A stretch of DNA of 45,168 nucleotides, from the UHGV virus genome UHGV-0041136; one strand, 5' to 3'. Made by a program: the position numbers and the translations under genes. Each line of letters begins with the position of its first letter. Position 1 is the first letter of the stretch. Shown here piece after piece: positions 25,861-34,760 of this stretch. The notes below the pieces were generated by a model. That model did not search any database. It was not told where the DNA came from and worked only from the letters and a program-made list of their open reading frames with translations. The DNA comes from a virus.

Positions 25861-26372
25861 GTGGTCAACAGGCCGCGCAATAACGGTATCTCTTTAGGTG
25901 TCATCAGTATACCAGTGCTTCGTTGGTTCAGCATAGGCGTACCGACATCCGCAGAGAACTCGCCTTTCTCCTGGTTGATAGCCTGTAACTCGTACACGAC
26001 CGGGCCGTCAGCCGGATAAGACAGGTCGGTGCTGACGTAACGGCGGAAGATGAATTTCGGCAACTCAGTGTTACTCATCGGGATTTTATCCATCTCATCA
26101 TCAAGTTGATTGAGAATATCCGGTAAAGTAAACGTGGTAGTCTGGTCCATATCACTGTTGTTAGAGGCCCCCGACGCCTCCATCGGGGTAGGCTCGAACG
26201 TGATAGTTTCGCCTGTCTCCAGTGTTGCCGTAAGTTCCTGTAACCCGCGCACAAGATAGTACGTCTTTGACAGCAACGGGTGACTGATTTGCAACGTGAT
26301 GTAGTCCATCTCGCCGTCTGGGTTTGAGGCCAGCTTACGGCGATAGGCTGCTTCTACTGATTCCTGGCTCAT
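25857..26372 (-). CDS. minor tail protein (gpL-like position)
   Basis: ATG 26372 overlaps upstream TGA; synteny only. Confidence 0.4.
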   Translation of the reverse strand: MSQESVEAAYRRKLASNPDGEMDYITLQISHPLLSKTYYLVRGLQELTATLETGETITFEPTPMEASGASNNSDMDQTTTFTLPDILNQLDDEMDKIPMSNTELPKFIFRRYVSTDLSYPADGPVVYELQAINQEKGEFSADVGTPMLNQRSTGILMTPKEIPLLRGLLTT

Positions 26373-26869
26373 TGCATCGGATCCCAAATTCGTGGAAACG
26401 TTGATTGTGCGGTTCCATAGGCTTTAAGCAAACAGCCCAGCCCATCACCATAACAGCCATACAAATCTGGCAGATTATTAATCAGGCACTGGTTCTCAAG
26501 GTCCTGGAACGGCGATTTCTCAGCGGTTGCCGTGAAAGTGATTGTCCAGTTAATGCCGTCTTCGGTGGACTCCGCGATGGTGGACGTGATGGTTACCTGA
26601 TAATCCTCGATACCCATGCCGAAGTCGTGCGCCATCCAGAAACTTGACGCACCACCATCGACTTTTTCGAGGAACGACAGAAACGCCTGCCGCCCCAGCG
26701 ACGATGTAATCAGGGTTACACTTATCGGGAACACGTCGTAATACGTGTCACGCCCCTGGCGCACCCCACCACCTGCTAAATCGACGCTCCAGACGTTGTT
26801 GCGTCTGGTCATTGAGTAGCCTTTTGACACCACCGGCTTAAGGCTACGTGGGAAGTATAAGTCAGTCAT
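26369..26869 (-). CDS. minor tail protein (gpM-like position)
   Basis: ATG 26869 overlaps tape-measure stop; synteny. Confidence 0.4.
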   Translation of the reverse strand: MTDLYFPRSLKPVVSKGYSMTRRNNVWSVDLAGGGVRQGRDTYYDVFPISVTLITSSLGRQAFLSFLEKVDGGASSFWMAHDFGMGIEDYQVTITSTIAESTEDGINWTITFTATAEKSPFQDLENQCLINNLPDLYGCYGDGLGCLLKAYGTAQSTFPRIWDPMQ

Positions 26870-29181
26870 TATTTGAACCCCGGCGCATTTCTTGTGGCCT
26901 TGCGGGCCTTGCTAATCTTACTGTTGCTGTTCTGCAAAGATGCCGCCACTTGCTCTTCGATGATGATACGCAAACGGCCTTCATCATCCTGCTCAGTGGA
27001 TACGTGGCCAATCTGACTCGATGTGTTATTTACAATGGTAACATTAGACGGACCGGAAGAAGACCCGTTTTGCCCCATAATTTCTTTCATCTGCTGTGCG
27101 GTGCGCACACGCGACGCGCCAGCTGGCATGATAACTTCTGGTTTACCGCGTTCAGCGATGGTGGAAGCCTGCCCCGCGGATAACTGACCGCCCTGTTCGC
27201 GTGCGGACCTGATAGCGGAAACCTGCGCCATACCTGCTCCAACGGCAGCAGCAGCGGCTACGGGAGCCAGGAACGGACCAACTACAGGGATAGCAGCCGT
27301 TGACTTGTACGCCTCAATAGCCGCGGTGTATGTGGCGATAGTGGCCTGCACGATAGCGAATGCCTTATACGCACCAGAAGCCTCGCCCAATGCGGATCCG
27401 ATGTTTGAAGCCATATTACCAAAGGCCGTTGCCGTTGCGTCAGCCCGCTTGGTTGCGTATTGCTCATTGATAGCGTTAAGTGCCGCCTGATACTGTTCCT
27501 CGTTAATAAGCCCCTGTTCTCGATACTTATCGGCGACAGCCAGTTTCTGCTGTTCCTGGATGTCGAGAAGCTCAAGCTCAGTAGCGTTCTGGCCCATAAT
27601 CTGAGCCATGAAGTCATCACCTTTCTGCTGCTTTTCCTGCCGGTCTTTCTCTCGCTTATCCAGCTCTTCCTGTCTGGCCTGCTCAGCTGTGAGCATAATT
27701 TGAGTTTTGGCGTTTTCGTACTGCTGCTGGCTTATAGTTCCGGCGCGGTTGAACTCTTCAAGTTTCGCCAGTTTCTGCTCTTCTGCCGCCGTGATGCGAG
27801 AAATTTCATCCCCCGTTGTGCGGTCGACAGTAGCCAGGAAATCTTCGGCGGCTTTCTTCTGACGTTGCGCCGCCGTTTCTTCGCGTTTGGCTTGTGCCGC
27901 CAGGCGTTTCTCGTTCGATTTAGCCTCACGGTCTGCCTTCTCTTTTTCTGCCTTGTCGATGCGAGCGATGTCTTGCTGTGCTTCCGTGTCGCGGGCGGCG
28001 TTATATGCGGCTATCTGTTCTTTGGTGACAGCTTCACGTTTAGCGAACGCCTGCTTATCCAGTTCAGCTTGCGCCCGGATGCGCTCACGGTCACTTAAGA
28101 TGGCGATTTGCTGATTCTTGACGATAGCTTCGTTCTGTTCCTGGAATCTCTGCGTGGTTGAGTTGACGTTACGGCCGAGATTCTTTTGGGCCTCCGCCGC
28201 TGCGTTTGCGGACTTCTCCGCGTTCTCCAGTGCTGTGGCGTTCTTGTTGGCGTTGTCTGTCAGGCGGATAAGTTCCGGGTTCAACTGTTTTGTGTTACCG
28301 AGCCAGTCGGTAAACACATCGGCGATGCGACGGGCATTCTCAGCGGTTGGCTCTTTGTTAAACGCGCTCTGCGCCGCTATCATCTCCAGCGCCTGGTCAC
28401 GGTTAACCCCGAACTTATTGCTAAGCTCTGCGATATTCTGCGCCAGCATGTTGACGCCTACGATGTTGCCCTCGTAAGTGCCTCCGAGTTTTTCTAATGT
28501 GTCACCTACATCTGCACCCTTAGACACCAGTGCATCATACTGGCTAATCGCCGATGCCGTGGAGGCTTTCCACGTTTCCCATGATTCTGCGTCTTCTCGC
28601 ACGGCTTTAGCTGTTTGCTGGGCGATAAGGTCCGCGTTAGCCTTAGCCAAAGCAAGCTGCGTCTCTGCGGCCTCCCGGCTGATTTGGGTAAGCTGGATAA
28701 GGCCGTCTGTCAGTTCGAGAGAGCCGGACGCCGTTTGCTGGAAGGTGTCCTTTAACTGTTTCTGTGCGGCTTCGAGGTCTTTTGAACTGCCTTCTGCTTC
28801 GGTTAGTGATTTGTACAGGACGCCGCCAACAGCTGATGCAAGAGCAATTACAGCCCCAAGCACCGCGCCGCCAGGGCCGAAAGCACCCGCAAGCTGTGAA
28901 CCTTGTTGCCCGATTGCCACGAATGCGGACGTGCCGGATTGCAGCTGGACTACCATGTCCTGCACCTGGAAGCCAACCTGCCCAGCGGCGTTACGGAACT
29001 TAGCGAAACCATCAGAGGCCGCTTTAGACGTAGCGGAGTTTACTTTATTAACATCAGGAGTCAGCTTGTTTACTGCGGTATCCGCACGGTCTGCAGACGA
29101 CGCCATAGCGTCAAGCTGTTTGGCAGCTACGTCAGCACCTTCTGTTTTTACTCTGGCAATTAGGGAAGCCGTATCAGCCAT
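26869..29181 (-). CDS. tail tape measure protein
   Basis: 770 aa, Ala/Gln/Glu-rich coiled coil, follows G/GT chaperone pair; ATG 29181 with GAGGG SD (track begins at TTG 29196). Confidence 0.8.
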   Translation of the reverse strand: MADTASLIARVKTEGADVAAKQLDAMASSADRADTAVNKLTPDVNKVNSATSKAASDGFAKFRNAAGQVGFQVQDMVVQLQSGTSAFVAIGQQGSQLAGAFGPGGAVLGAVIALASAVGGVLYKSLTEAEGSSKDLEAAQKQLKDTFQQTASGSLELTDGLIQLTQISREAAETQLALAKANADLIAQQTAKAVREDAESWETWKASTASAISQYDALVSKGADVGDTLEKLGGTYEGNIVGVNMLAQNIAELSNKFGVNRDQALEMIAAQSAFNKEPTAENARRIADVFTDWLGNTKQLNPELIRLTDNANKNATALENAEKSANAAAEAQKNLGRNVNSTTQRFQEQNEAIVKNQQIAILSDRERIRAQAELDKQAFAKREAVTKEQIAAYNAARDTEAQQDIARIDKAEKEKADREAKSNEKRLAAQAKREETAAQRQKKAAEDFLATVDRTTGDEISRITAAEEQKLAKLEEFNRAGTISQQQYENAKTQIMLTAEQARQEELDKREKDRQEKQQKGDDFMAQIMGQNATELELLDIQEQQKLAVADKYREQGLINEEQYQAALNAINEQYATKRADATATAFGNMASNIGSALGEASGAYKAFAIVQATIATYTAAIEAYKSTAAIPVVGPFLAPVAAAAAVGAGMAQVSAIRSAREQGGQLSAGQASTIAERGKPEVIMPAGASRVRTAQQMKEIMGQNGSSSGPSNVTIVNNTSSQIGHVSTEQDDEGRLRIIIEEQVAASLQNSNSKISKARKATRNAPGFK

Positions 29182-29545
29182 CTTCTCTGCCCTCAAATAT
29201 TCCGTCTAAGCCCATGATAACCTCGGCTTCGAACAAACTTATGCCGTAACCGGCGACATCACGAAACGCTACCAAATCTTGCCATTTGAGCGCATCGCGC
29301 GGGATTATAACGATAGTATCATCTGTTTCGCGCTGTAGGAATTTAATGGCACGGTATTTCTCGAACACGTCGATAAGAGAAACGGGGCATTCTGGCCCCG
29401 TCGCTTCTTTCATCTGCGGTTCTTTAATCACACCCATTGCGACCAAAGCTGCTTGATGCCCCGCCGCGATGTCGTCGAATTGCTTACGTTTCTGGCGGTC
29501 GACAAAGCACCATTGCGCAAATTCATACAGCGCTTTTACTTTTCC
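29174..29545 (-). CDS. T segment of tail assembly chaperone GT (reached by -1 frameshift from G)
   Basis: -1 frame relative to G is open from GGAAAAG (29545..29539) to stop at 29174. Confidence 0.4.
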   Translation of the reverse strand, partial: GKVKALYEFAQWCFVDRQKRKQFDDIAAGHQAALVAMGVIKEPQMKEATGPECPVSLIDVFEKYRAIKFLQRETDDTIVIIPRDALKWQDLVAFRDVAGYGISLFEAEVIMGLDGIFEGREDG

Positions 29546-29952
29546 GAGAGTTTCTCACGGCTATCGGTGTGGTGTTTAACTACGGCTTCTGCCAGCCCGC
29601 TGTACTGGTCGAACAGGTTAGCCAGCGCCTCTTTGCTGAACGGTTCGTCGAATGACCAACCGGTGACGATTTCCACGGCAAGCTGCTTGTTAAGGTCCAT
29701 CACCCGCCAGCCCTTCTCGTCATTATAGCGCGCCCAGTTATTCAGCGCCTCGCACTCTTTATCTAATGGCGCGAGTTCTTCCGTAAGGCGTCGAATTGCC
29801 GTTGTGTAGGCGCGGCCTGCTCGAACGCCAGCATCGCAGTCTGGGCCAATGACTTGCAACCATTCGCCGGAGTCTTTACCACTCGGCAGAAGGATAGGCA
29901 TTTTAGTGCCGGCAGCGTGGCGGTCCGCAAAATAAAAATCAGAAAGTTTCAT
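29536..29952 (-). CDS. tail assembly chaperone (gpG-like)
   Basis: 138-aa ORF immediately upstream of tape measure; ends at slippery-like GGAAAAG-UAA. Confidence 0.5.
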   Translation of the reverse strand: MKLSDFYFADRHAAGTKMPILLPSGKDSGEWLQVIGPDCDAGVRAGRAYTTAIRRLTEELAPLDKECEALNNWARYNDEKGWRVMDLNKQLAVEIVTGWSFDEPFSKEALANLFDQYSGLAEAVVKHHTDSREKLSEK

Positions 29953-30059
29953 TCTTTAATCCTTTGGTTAAGAGGTTACAGGTTAAGGAAAATGCGCCAG
30001 ACGGGAACCACCCGCTTTTCGTGTGCGACACTAGGCGCAAACTTATTCTAGCACACTAC

Positions 30060-30089
30060 TTGCACACCCCAATATAATAGGGTACTATT
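30060..30089 (+). promoter_or_regulatory. conserved promoter element, plus strand (-35 TTGCAC, 17 bp, -10 TACTAT) with AATAGggtaCTATT
   Basis: cTTGCACaccccaatatAATAGggTACTATTcac, 28 nt upstream of ATG 30117. Confidence 0.5.
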
Positions 30090-30116
30090 CACCTGTAACT
30101 TACTGAGGAAATAATT

Positions 30117-30443
30117 ATGCGTAAATTAGTATTAGCTCTGGGGTTTATGTCTTTTGCTACTTTTGGGTCCCCGTGCGAACAGGTATTTAGTGAATCTGTT
30201 CTTATGGCTTCTGGTGCGCTTGAGAAAGCCGACCCTACTATTGTAAAGGCATTTAAGGACTCTACAGTTCGCGAGTGTGAGGCCGCCGTAGATGTCGGTA
30301 AATCGGGCCTACCCCCGCAAGCCGTAACATACACGGTAGTACGTTCGGTAGAGCAAAACGGAGACGCGTTTTATAGCCTACTGACAGCCACCCGTCTGCA
30401 AATGGTGATGACTGGATGGGCGATAGGCGCGGAAAGTAAATAG
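30117..30443 (+). CDS. secreted small protein (signal peptide)
   Basis: MRKLVLALGFMSFATFGSP... cleavable signal-like N-terminus; first gene of cassette A. Confidence 0.55.
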   Translation: MRKLVLALGFMSFATFGSPCEQVFSESVLMASGALEKADPTIVKAFKDSTVRECEAAVDVGKSGLPPQAVTYTVVRSVEQNGDAFYSLLTATRLQMVMTGWAIGAESK

Positions 30444-30507
30444 TCGCCTTTATTTAAAGGAATCCACTGTGGTTAAATAGGACAAATCCTAAGCACGAGG
30501 AATAAGC

Positions 30508-31638
30508 ATGGCCCGGAAGAAAATAACCGACGAACAGTTGCAGGAAGAATTGAACGCCGGTATGAAGAATATCGACATCGCCCGTAAATACGGCATCTCA
30601 GACCGCGTAATTCGCATCCGTAAAGCGAAGCTGGCTAAGAAAGGCGTAGGCCACGGGCGCGACGTCAGCCACCTTGTGCCAGATGGCTACAAGATTAAAG
30701 GAACGTCGTCCCTGGTGGACGAGTTTGGCAACACTAAGTTGCAATGGGTTAAGACTGACACCGATGCTGAACGTCAGGTCGAGTTGATGAAAGCCGTAAT
30801 TGAAGGCATGAAGTCAGAGATTACCCCCGTTGCGCCTGTTAAAGCGACTCGAGCCAAACGTGACGATAAACTGCTCAATCTTTACACTGTATCTGATTTC
30901 CATCTCGGTATGCTGGCATGGGCCGACGAGAGCGGCGACGACTGGGACATGAAGATTGCGGAAGACCTGTTCTCTCGATGGTTCGACGCTGCGTTTCAGA
31001 AGGCACCAGACGCCGGGACAGGGGTTATTAACCTGCTGGGCGACCTTGCGCACTTCGATAGTCTGGACGCGGTTACCCCCGCAAGTGGTCACGTTCTTGA
31101 CGCCGATACCCGCTACCAGAAACTTGTCCGCTACATGATTCGCATGGTCCGTCGTGTTGTTGATATGGCCCTTGTTAAGCATAAAAATGTTCGCTTGCTT
31201 ATTGTGCAAGGTAACCACGACGAGAGTGGCATGATTTGGTTGGCTGAGATGTTCAGTACGCTATACGACAACGAGCCGCGTGTGTTTGTCGATACGTCGC
31301 CGGATGTTTACAAAATGGTGCAACACGGCAAAACGACGCTGTTCTTTACACACGGGCATAAATGCCGGTTTGAGGTGGTCGAACCCATTATGATAGCTAA
31401 GTTCAGAAAAGCATTTGGCGAAAGCGAGTACAGTTACGCACATGTCGGGCATCTCCACCACCAAAAGATTGTAGAAAGTAGGAATATGGTGGTGGAGCAG
31501 CATCGCACTCTCGCGGCGAAAGATGCATATGCTTCTCGCGGCGGGTGGATGTCTAAGAGGTCCGCTAATGTCATAACCTATAGTTCAGAGTTCGGGGAAG
31601 TAGGTAGGCTTTCAATCTCACCGGAGATGCTAAGATGA
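30508..31638 (+). CDS. HTH-domain protein fused to calcineurin-like metallophosphoesterase
   Basis: N-terminal NIDIARKYGISDRVIRIRKAKL (HTH-like); MPP motifs VSDFHLG (DxH), GDLAHFD (GDxxD), GNHDE, FTHGH, GHLHH in canonical order. Confidence 0.7.
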   Translation: MARKKITDEQLQEELNAGMKNIDIARKYGISDRVIRIRKAKLAKKGVGHGRDVSHLVPDGYKIKGTSSLVDEFGNTKLQWVKTDTDAERQVELMKAVIEGMKSEITPVAPVKATRAKRDDKLLNLYTVSDFHLGMLAWADESGDDWDMKIAEDLFSRWFDAAFQKAPDAGTGVINLLGDLAHFDSLDAVTPASGHVLDADTRYQKLVRYMIRMVRRVVDMALVKHKNVRLLIVQGNHDESGMIWLAEMFSTLYDNEPRVFVDTSPDVYKMVQHGKTTLFFTHGHKCRFEVVEPIMIAKFRKAFGESEYSYAHVGHLHHQKIVESRNMVVEQHRTLAAKDAYASRGGWMSKRSANVITYSSEFGEVGRLSISPEMLR

Positions 31639-31865
31639 CTTCAAAATACAACCGAACAATGACAAATATTCACGGCAGCACTATGACGGTAGACGTTTAT
31701 GATGTGCTGCGTGCCTTCGATATCCGCGACCCGGCGTTACAGCACGCATTGAAGAAACTATTGTGTATGGGCCTTCGCGGACACAAAGACACAGGAACCG
31801 ACTTAGCAGAAGCAATTGAAAGTTTGGAGAAGTTACGGGAGTATAGAAGCAATATTGATGAGTAA
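31635..31865 (+). CDS. hypothetical small protein translationally coupled to the phosphoesterase
   Basis: ATGA overlap at 31635..31638. Confidence 0.45.
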   Translation: MTSKYNRTMTNIHGSTMTVDVYDVLRAFDIRDPALQHALKKLLCMGLRGHKDTGTDLAEAIESLEKLREYRSNIDE

Positions 31866-31869
31866 GAAA

Positions 31870-31889
31870 AAGGCCCCGAAAGGGGCCTT
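31870..31889 (+). other. stem-loop AAGGCCCC-gaaa-GGGGCCTT (GNRA loop) without T tract
   Basis: between 31865 and HNH gene. Confidence 0.35.
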
Positions 31890-31908
31890 ATCGCGATAGG
31901 AGATAATT

Positions 31909-32397
31909 ATGGATTGGAATGAATTTTTCATATACGACTTAATTTCAGGAAGGATATTTAACAGAGTAACACGGTCCGGGAGGGCTAAGGCTGGAGAGGA
32001 GGCGGGTACTATACAGCGAGACGGATATAGAAGGATATTTTTCAGAGGCAAATGGCACGCGGCGCACCGTATAGCATGGGACTTAAACAATCCTAACGAT
32101 AAGCTAACGTCGTCAGATCAAATAGACCATCTAGACCATAACCGAATAAACAATAGACCGCTTAACTTAGCTAAAAAGTCCAATGCGGAAAACCATAAAA
32201 ATATGTCAAAACAGCGTAATAATAAATCAGGAGTAACTGGGGTTTACTGGAATGCAAAAGAAAGGTTGTGGTATGCACAGATATTCAACAATAACGTAAA
32301 AACGCATATAGGGTGCTTTAAGACGCTACTAGATGCAGTTGCCGCGAGGAGAGTTGCTGAAAGAGATTTGGGGTTCCACAATAACCACGGCAAATAG
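31909..32397 (+). CDS. HNH homing endonuclease with AP2-type DNA-binding domain
   Basis: HNH core GKWHAAHRIAW...IDHLDHNRINNRPLNL...NH; C-terminal GVTGVYWNAKERLWYAQIFNNNVKTHIGCFKTLLDA resembles AP2; AT-rich codon usage. Confidence 0.7.
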   Translation: MDWNEFFIYDLISGRIFNRVTRSGRAKAGEEAGTIQRDGYRRIFFRGKWHAAHRIAWDLNNPNDKLTSSDQIDHLDHNRINNRPLNLAKKSNAENHKNMSKQRNNKSGVTGVYWNAKERLWYAQIFNNNVKTHIGCFKTLLDAVAARRVAERDLGFHNNHGK

Positions 32398-32399
32398 TA

Positions 32400-32425
32400 A
32401 GGCCCCGTTATGGGGCCTTTTTCTT
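32400..32425. terminator. bidirectional terminator AGGCCCC-gttat-GGGGCCT + T-run
   Basis: ends cassette A on plus strand and follows the major tail gene stop on minus strand. Confidence 0.55.
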
Positions 32426-33593
32426 ACGCGTAACTAATCCGCTGTATTACAATAGAGGATTGATATTGATTGCCTGTGGACTGTCCTTCTATGCTTTGAG
32501 TGATTGACTCAGGCCCCCCGATCTCTGGTGTAACCGCTGTGAGTTCCGCGCGTTTCAGACTGAAAGACATAGCCCCGTTTACCCCCGCCAGAATAGAGTT
32601 AATCTCTACCTGCTGTTCGTTGATAAACTTCTGAATCATCGCCATGTCGTACAGCTTACCAGAGATAGAGAAGGTGTTGGCCGCGCGACCACGTTCCACG
32701 AACGCCACGCTACTGTTGCCAAGTTCGAACTGCGCGGAAGCACCGTTGTCGTTGGTGATGGTCAGGCTATCGCAACGCAACGGGGTTGCGCCGTCGAACA
32801 CGGAAACGTCAACCGAAGAGAACGGCTCGTCGCCAAACGTGACAGAGGAGAAATCAGAACCAGACGGCGGCGCGGTAAGAATTTCCTGGCTCAGACCGAT
32901 GAACGGGAAGCTGCCGGTTACCATAGCGTTTACGGCCTGCTCGATGGTGAAACCGGAGATTTCCACGCCTTTGGTCAACATGTACGCGTCCGGGTTCCCG
33001 CACTGCCCTTTGAACCATGTCAGGATGGAGAACGTCTTACACGCGTTACCGGTTTCCAGTTTATCGCCAGTTTTACCGTCGGTCTCGATAGGTCCTTCGG
33101 CGGTCAGGGTGTGTTGAATACCCGCACCCGTAACCACAGTAGCAGTTACTGCGGTAACGATGAACGGCTTAGAGTTATCACCGGTTAAAGCGTCAAAATA
33201 CAGAAGGTCCCCGACCTCTACGCCGTCAGTAATGAAGCTGCCGGTGGTGCGGGTAAAGGTTTTAGCCACAGGGTCTACCGTAATGCCAACAGCGGATAAG
33301 GTTACCCCATCCTGCCACGTAGACGTCATCGCGCCCGCGAGGAAATCATCCTGGCTACGGGAGCTAAGTTCGATGGCATACTCCCCGCTAACCTGCTTGT
33401 TACCGGTTCGGATGGATGTAGTTTCACGGCTGCCGTCCAGCTCGTTGGAAGTCAGCGCATCGCGGGTTACCGCAGGAACGCCGCCAGTGTTGCGCAACGG
33501 CGACCAGACCGGGTTACTTGGGGTTACGCCCGGGGTCACTTCCGCCACATAGAATTGCGCGGTATTCGCGCCCTTAAAAGGAGTTGTAGCCAT
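32424..33593 (-). CDS. major tail protein
   Basis: about 390 aa, T/S/G-rich, upstream of chaperone/TMP; ATG 33593 (track GTG 33599). Confidence 0.6.
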   Translation of the reverse strand: MATTPFKGANTAQFYVAEVTPGVTPSNPVWSPLRNTGGVPAVTRDALTSNELDGSRETTSIRTGNKQVSGEYAIELSSRSQDDFLAGAMTSTWQDGVTLSAVGITVDPVAKTFTRTTGSFITDGVEVGDLLYFDALTGDNSKPFIVTAVTATVVTGAGIQHTLTAEGPIETDGKTGDKLETGNACKTFSILTWFKGQCGNPDAYMLTKGVEISGFTIEQAVNAMVTGSFPFIGLSQEILTAPPSGSDFSSVTFGDEPFSSVDVSVFDGATPLRCDSLTITNDNGASAQFELGNSSVAFVERGRAANTFSISGKLYDMAMIQKFINEQQVEINSILAGVNGAMSFSLKRAELTAVTPEIGGPESITQSIEGQSTGNQYQSSIVIQRISYA

Positions 33594-33595
33594 AT

Positions 33596-34012
33596 TCACA
33601 GCCTCTTGGTGAATGCAATAAAGTTAATTGACAATGGTCGTTTGGCCCATCCGTTTTCTACAATCAGCGGCCCCAGGCTAACCGATTGAACCTCGGCGCA
33701 GATGTCGTTACGTGAAAATGACTTACCTGCTTTAAACGCCGTGTTAAGTAAGTCTGCCATTTTATTGATTGGCGCGCTACCTTTCACCGATGCGTAGTTA
33801 ATGTCGACCTGATAGACGCCAGCGCGTTGTTCCGTGAAGAACAAATCCGCTTGCTCGGTATCCGCAAGTAACATGTAACTTGCCAGATACGGCGTATCGG
33901 TTGACGTCGGTGCGTCGATATTTTCGAGCGCGACCTTGATGCCGTTGGCGGATCCGAAAGCTACCAGCGGCACGTCGAACGCTTTGGTTAAGTCCTCAAA
34001 GTAGCCCATCAT
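33596..34012 (-). CDS. tail terminator / tail completion protein candidate
   Basis: synteny immediately upstream of major tail gene. Confidence 0.4.
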   Translation of the reverse strand: MMGYFEDLTKAFDVPLVAFGSANGIKVALENIDAPTSTDTPYLASYMLLADTEQADLFFTEQRAGVYQVDINYASVKGSAPINKMADLLNTAFKAGKSFSRNDICAEVQSVSLGPLIVENGWAKRPLSINFIAFTKRL

Positions 34013-34404
34013 TTCACCTTGTTGGCTTCTTCGTTAATGAGTTGCTGGAAGCGGGACACATTCACTCGTACAAATCCTTGTGGTGCCTGTTGCGACCAAC
34101 CATACTCCAGTCGTTGTGCATACGGCAGATTATTTGTCAGCGTGAACTCGCGCCAGTCTGGGGCTTTCAGTACGAAACTTGTAGCGTTTCCGATTGCTAT
34201 GTTTCCTGATTTATCCGTAGCGTCTGTAGTTCCGGAGGCAGGAGTCCCCTCAGAGGCCATCCAGTTCATACGAAACCGACCAGTATCTACCGGACTCGCC
34301 TTTATAATAGCGGAAAACAGCTTGATAGACACCTGACGCATCACCGTCTCAGGGTTCTTCTTCGCCTTTTCCACGAACTTAGAGACATAAAGCGCGAAAC
34401 TCAT
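34009..34404 (-). CDS. head-tail connector protein, HK97 gp10-like
   Basis: motif SPVDTGRFRMNW; ATGA coupling. Confidence 0.45.
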   Translation of the reverse strand: MSFALYVSKFVEKAKKNPETVMRQVSIKLFSAIIKASPVDTGRFRMNWMASEGTPASGTTDATDKSGNIAIGNATSFVLKAPDWREFTLTNNLPYAQRLEYGWSQQAPQGFVRVNVSRFQQLINEEANKVK

Positions 34405-34760
34405 TTTCTCACCTGAATAAAGTATGCCACTACATCATCGTTAACCATCTTCTTCTCGATAGCTACGACGGACCATTGCTCGCCGCCTAATTGCACCTTG
34501 TCTTCCATCTTCGGAACGACACTGCAATCGGCTTTAACAATCACGTCACCGGCCTGAATCGTTGTACCGTTCACCAGTCCTGCGTTCACCGGAACCGGAA
34601 CAGCCCTCAACGGCAGCACTTCATCCGCGGACCAGACGTACTCACCGAGAACCTCATCCCACACTTTCGAGCCAGCACGAACCAGAGATACTGTGCTCCC
34701 GAATTTGGTTAGCAGGCGTGTGCCAACGCCTTGCATACGTTTACTGAAAGCTGTTCCCAT
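34401..34760 (-). CDS. head-tail joining protein candidate
   Basis: ATG 34760 overlaps upstream TAA; synteny. Confidence 0.35.
   Translation of the reverse strand: MGTAFSKRMQGVGTRLLTKFGSTVSLVRAGSKVWDEVLGEYVWSADEVLPLRAVPVPVNAGLVNGTTIQAGDVIVKADCSVVPKMEDKVQLGGEQWSVVAIEKKMVNDDVVAYFIQVRK

Noticed and set aside
27460-29209. Long plus-strand ORFs (27460..28098, 28478..29209 and others) inside the tape-measure gene
   Set aside because: Antisense shadow ORFs of the GC- and Ala-rich tape-measure gene; no start context, low-complexity A/S/L-rich translations.
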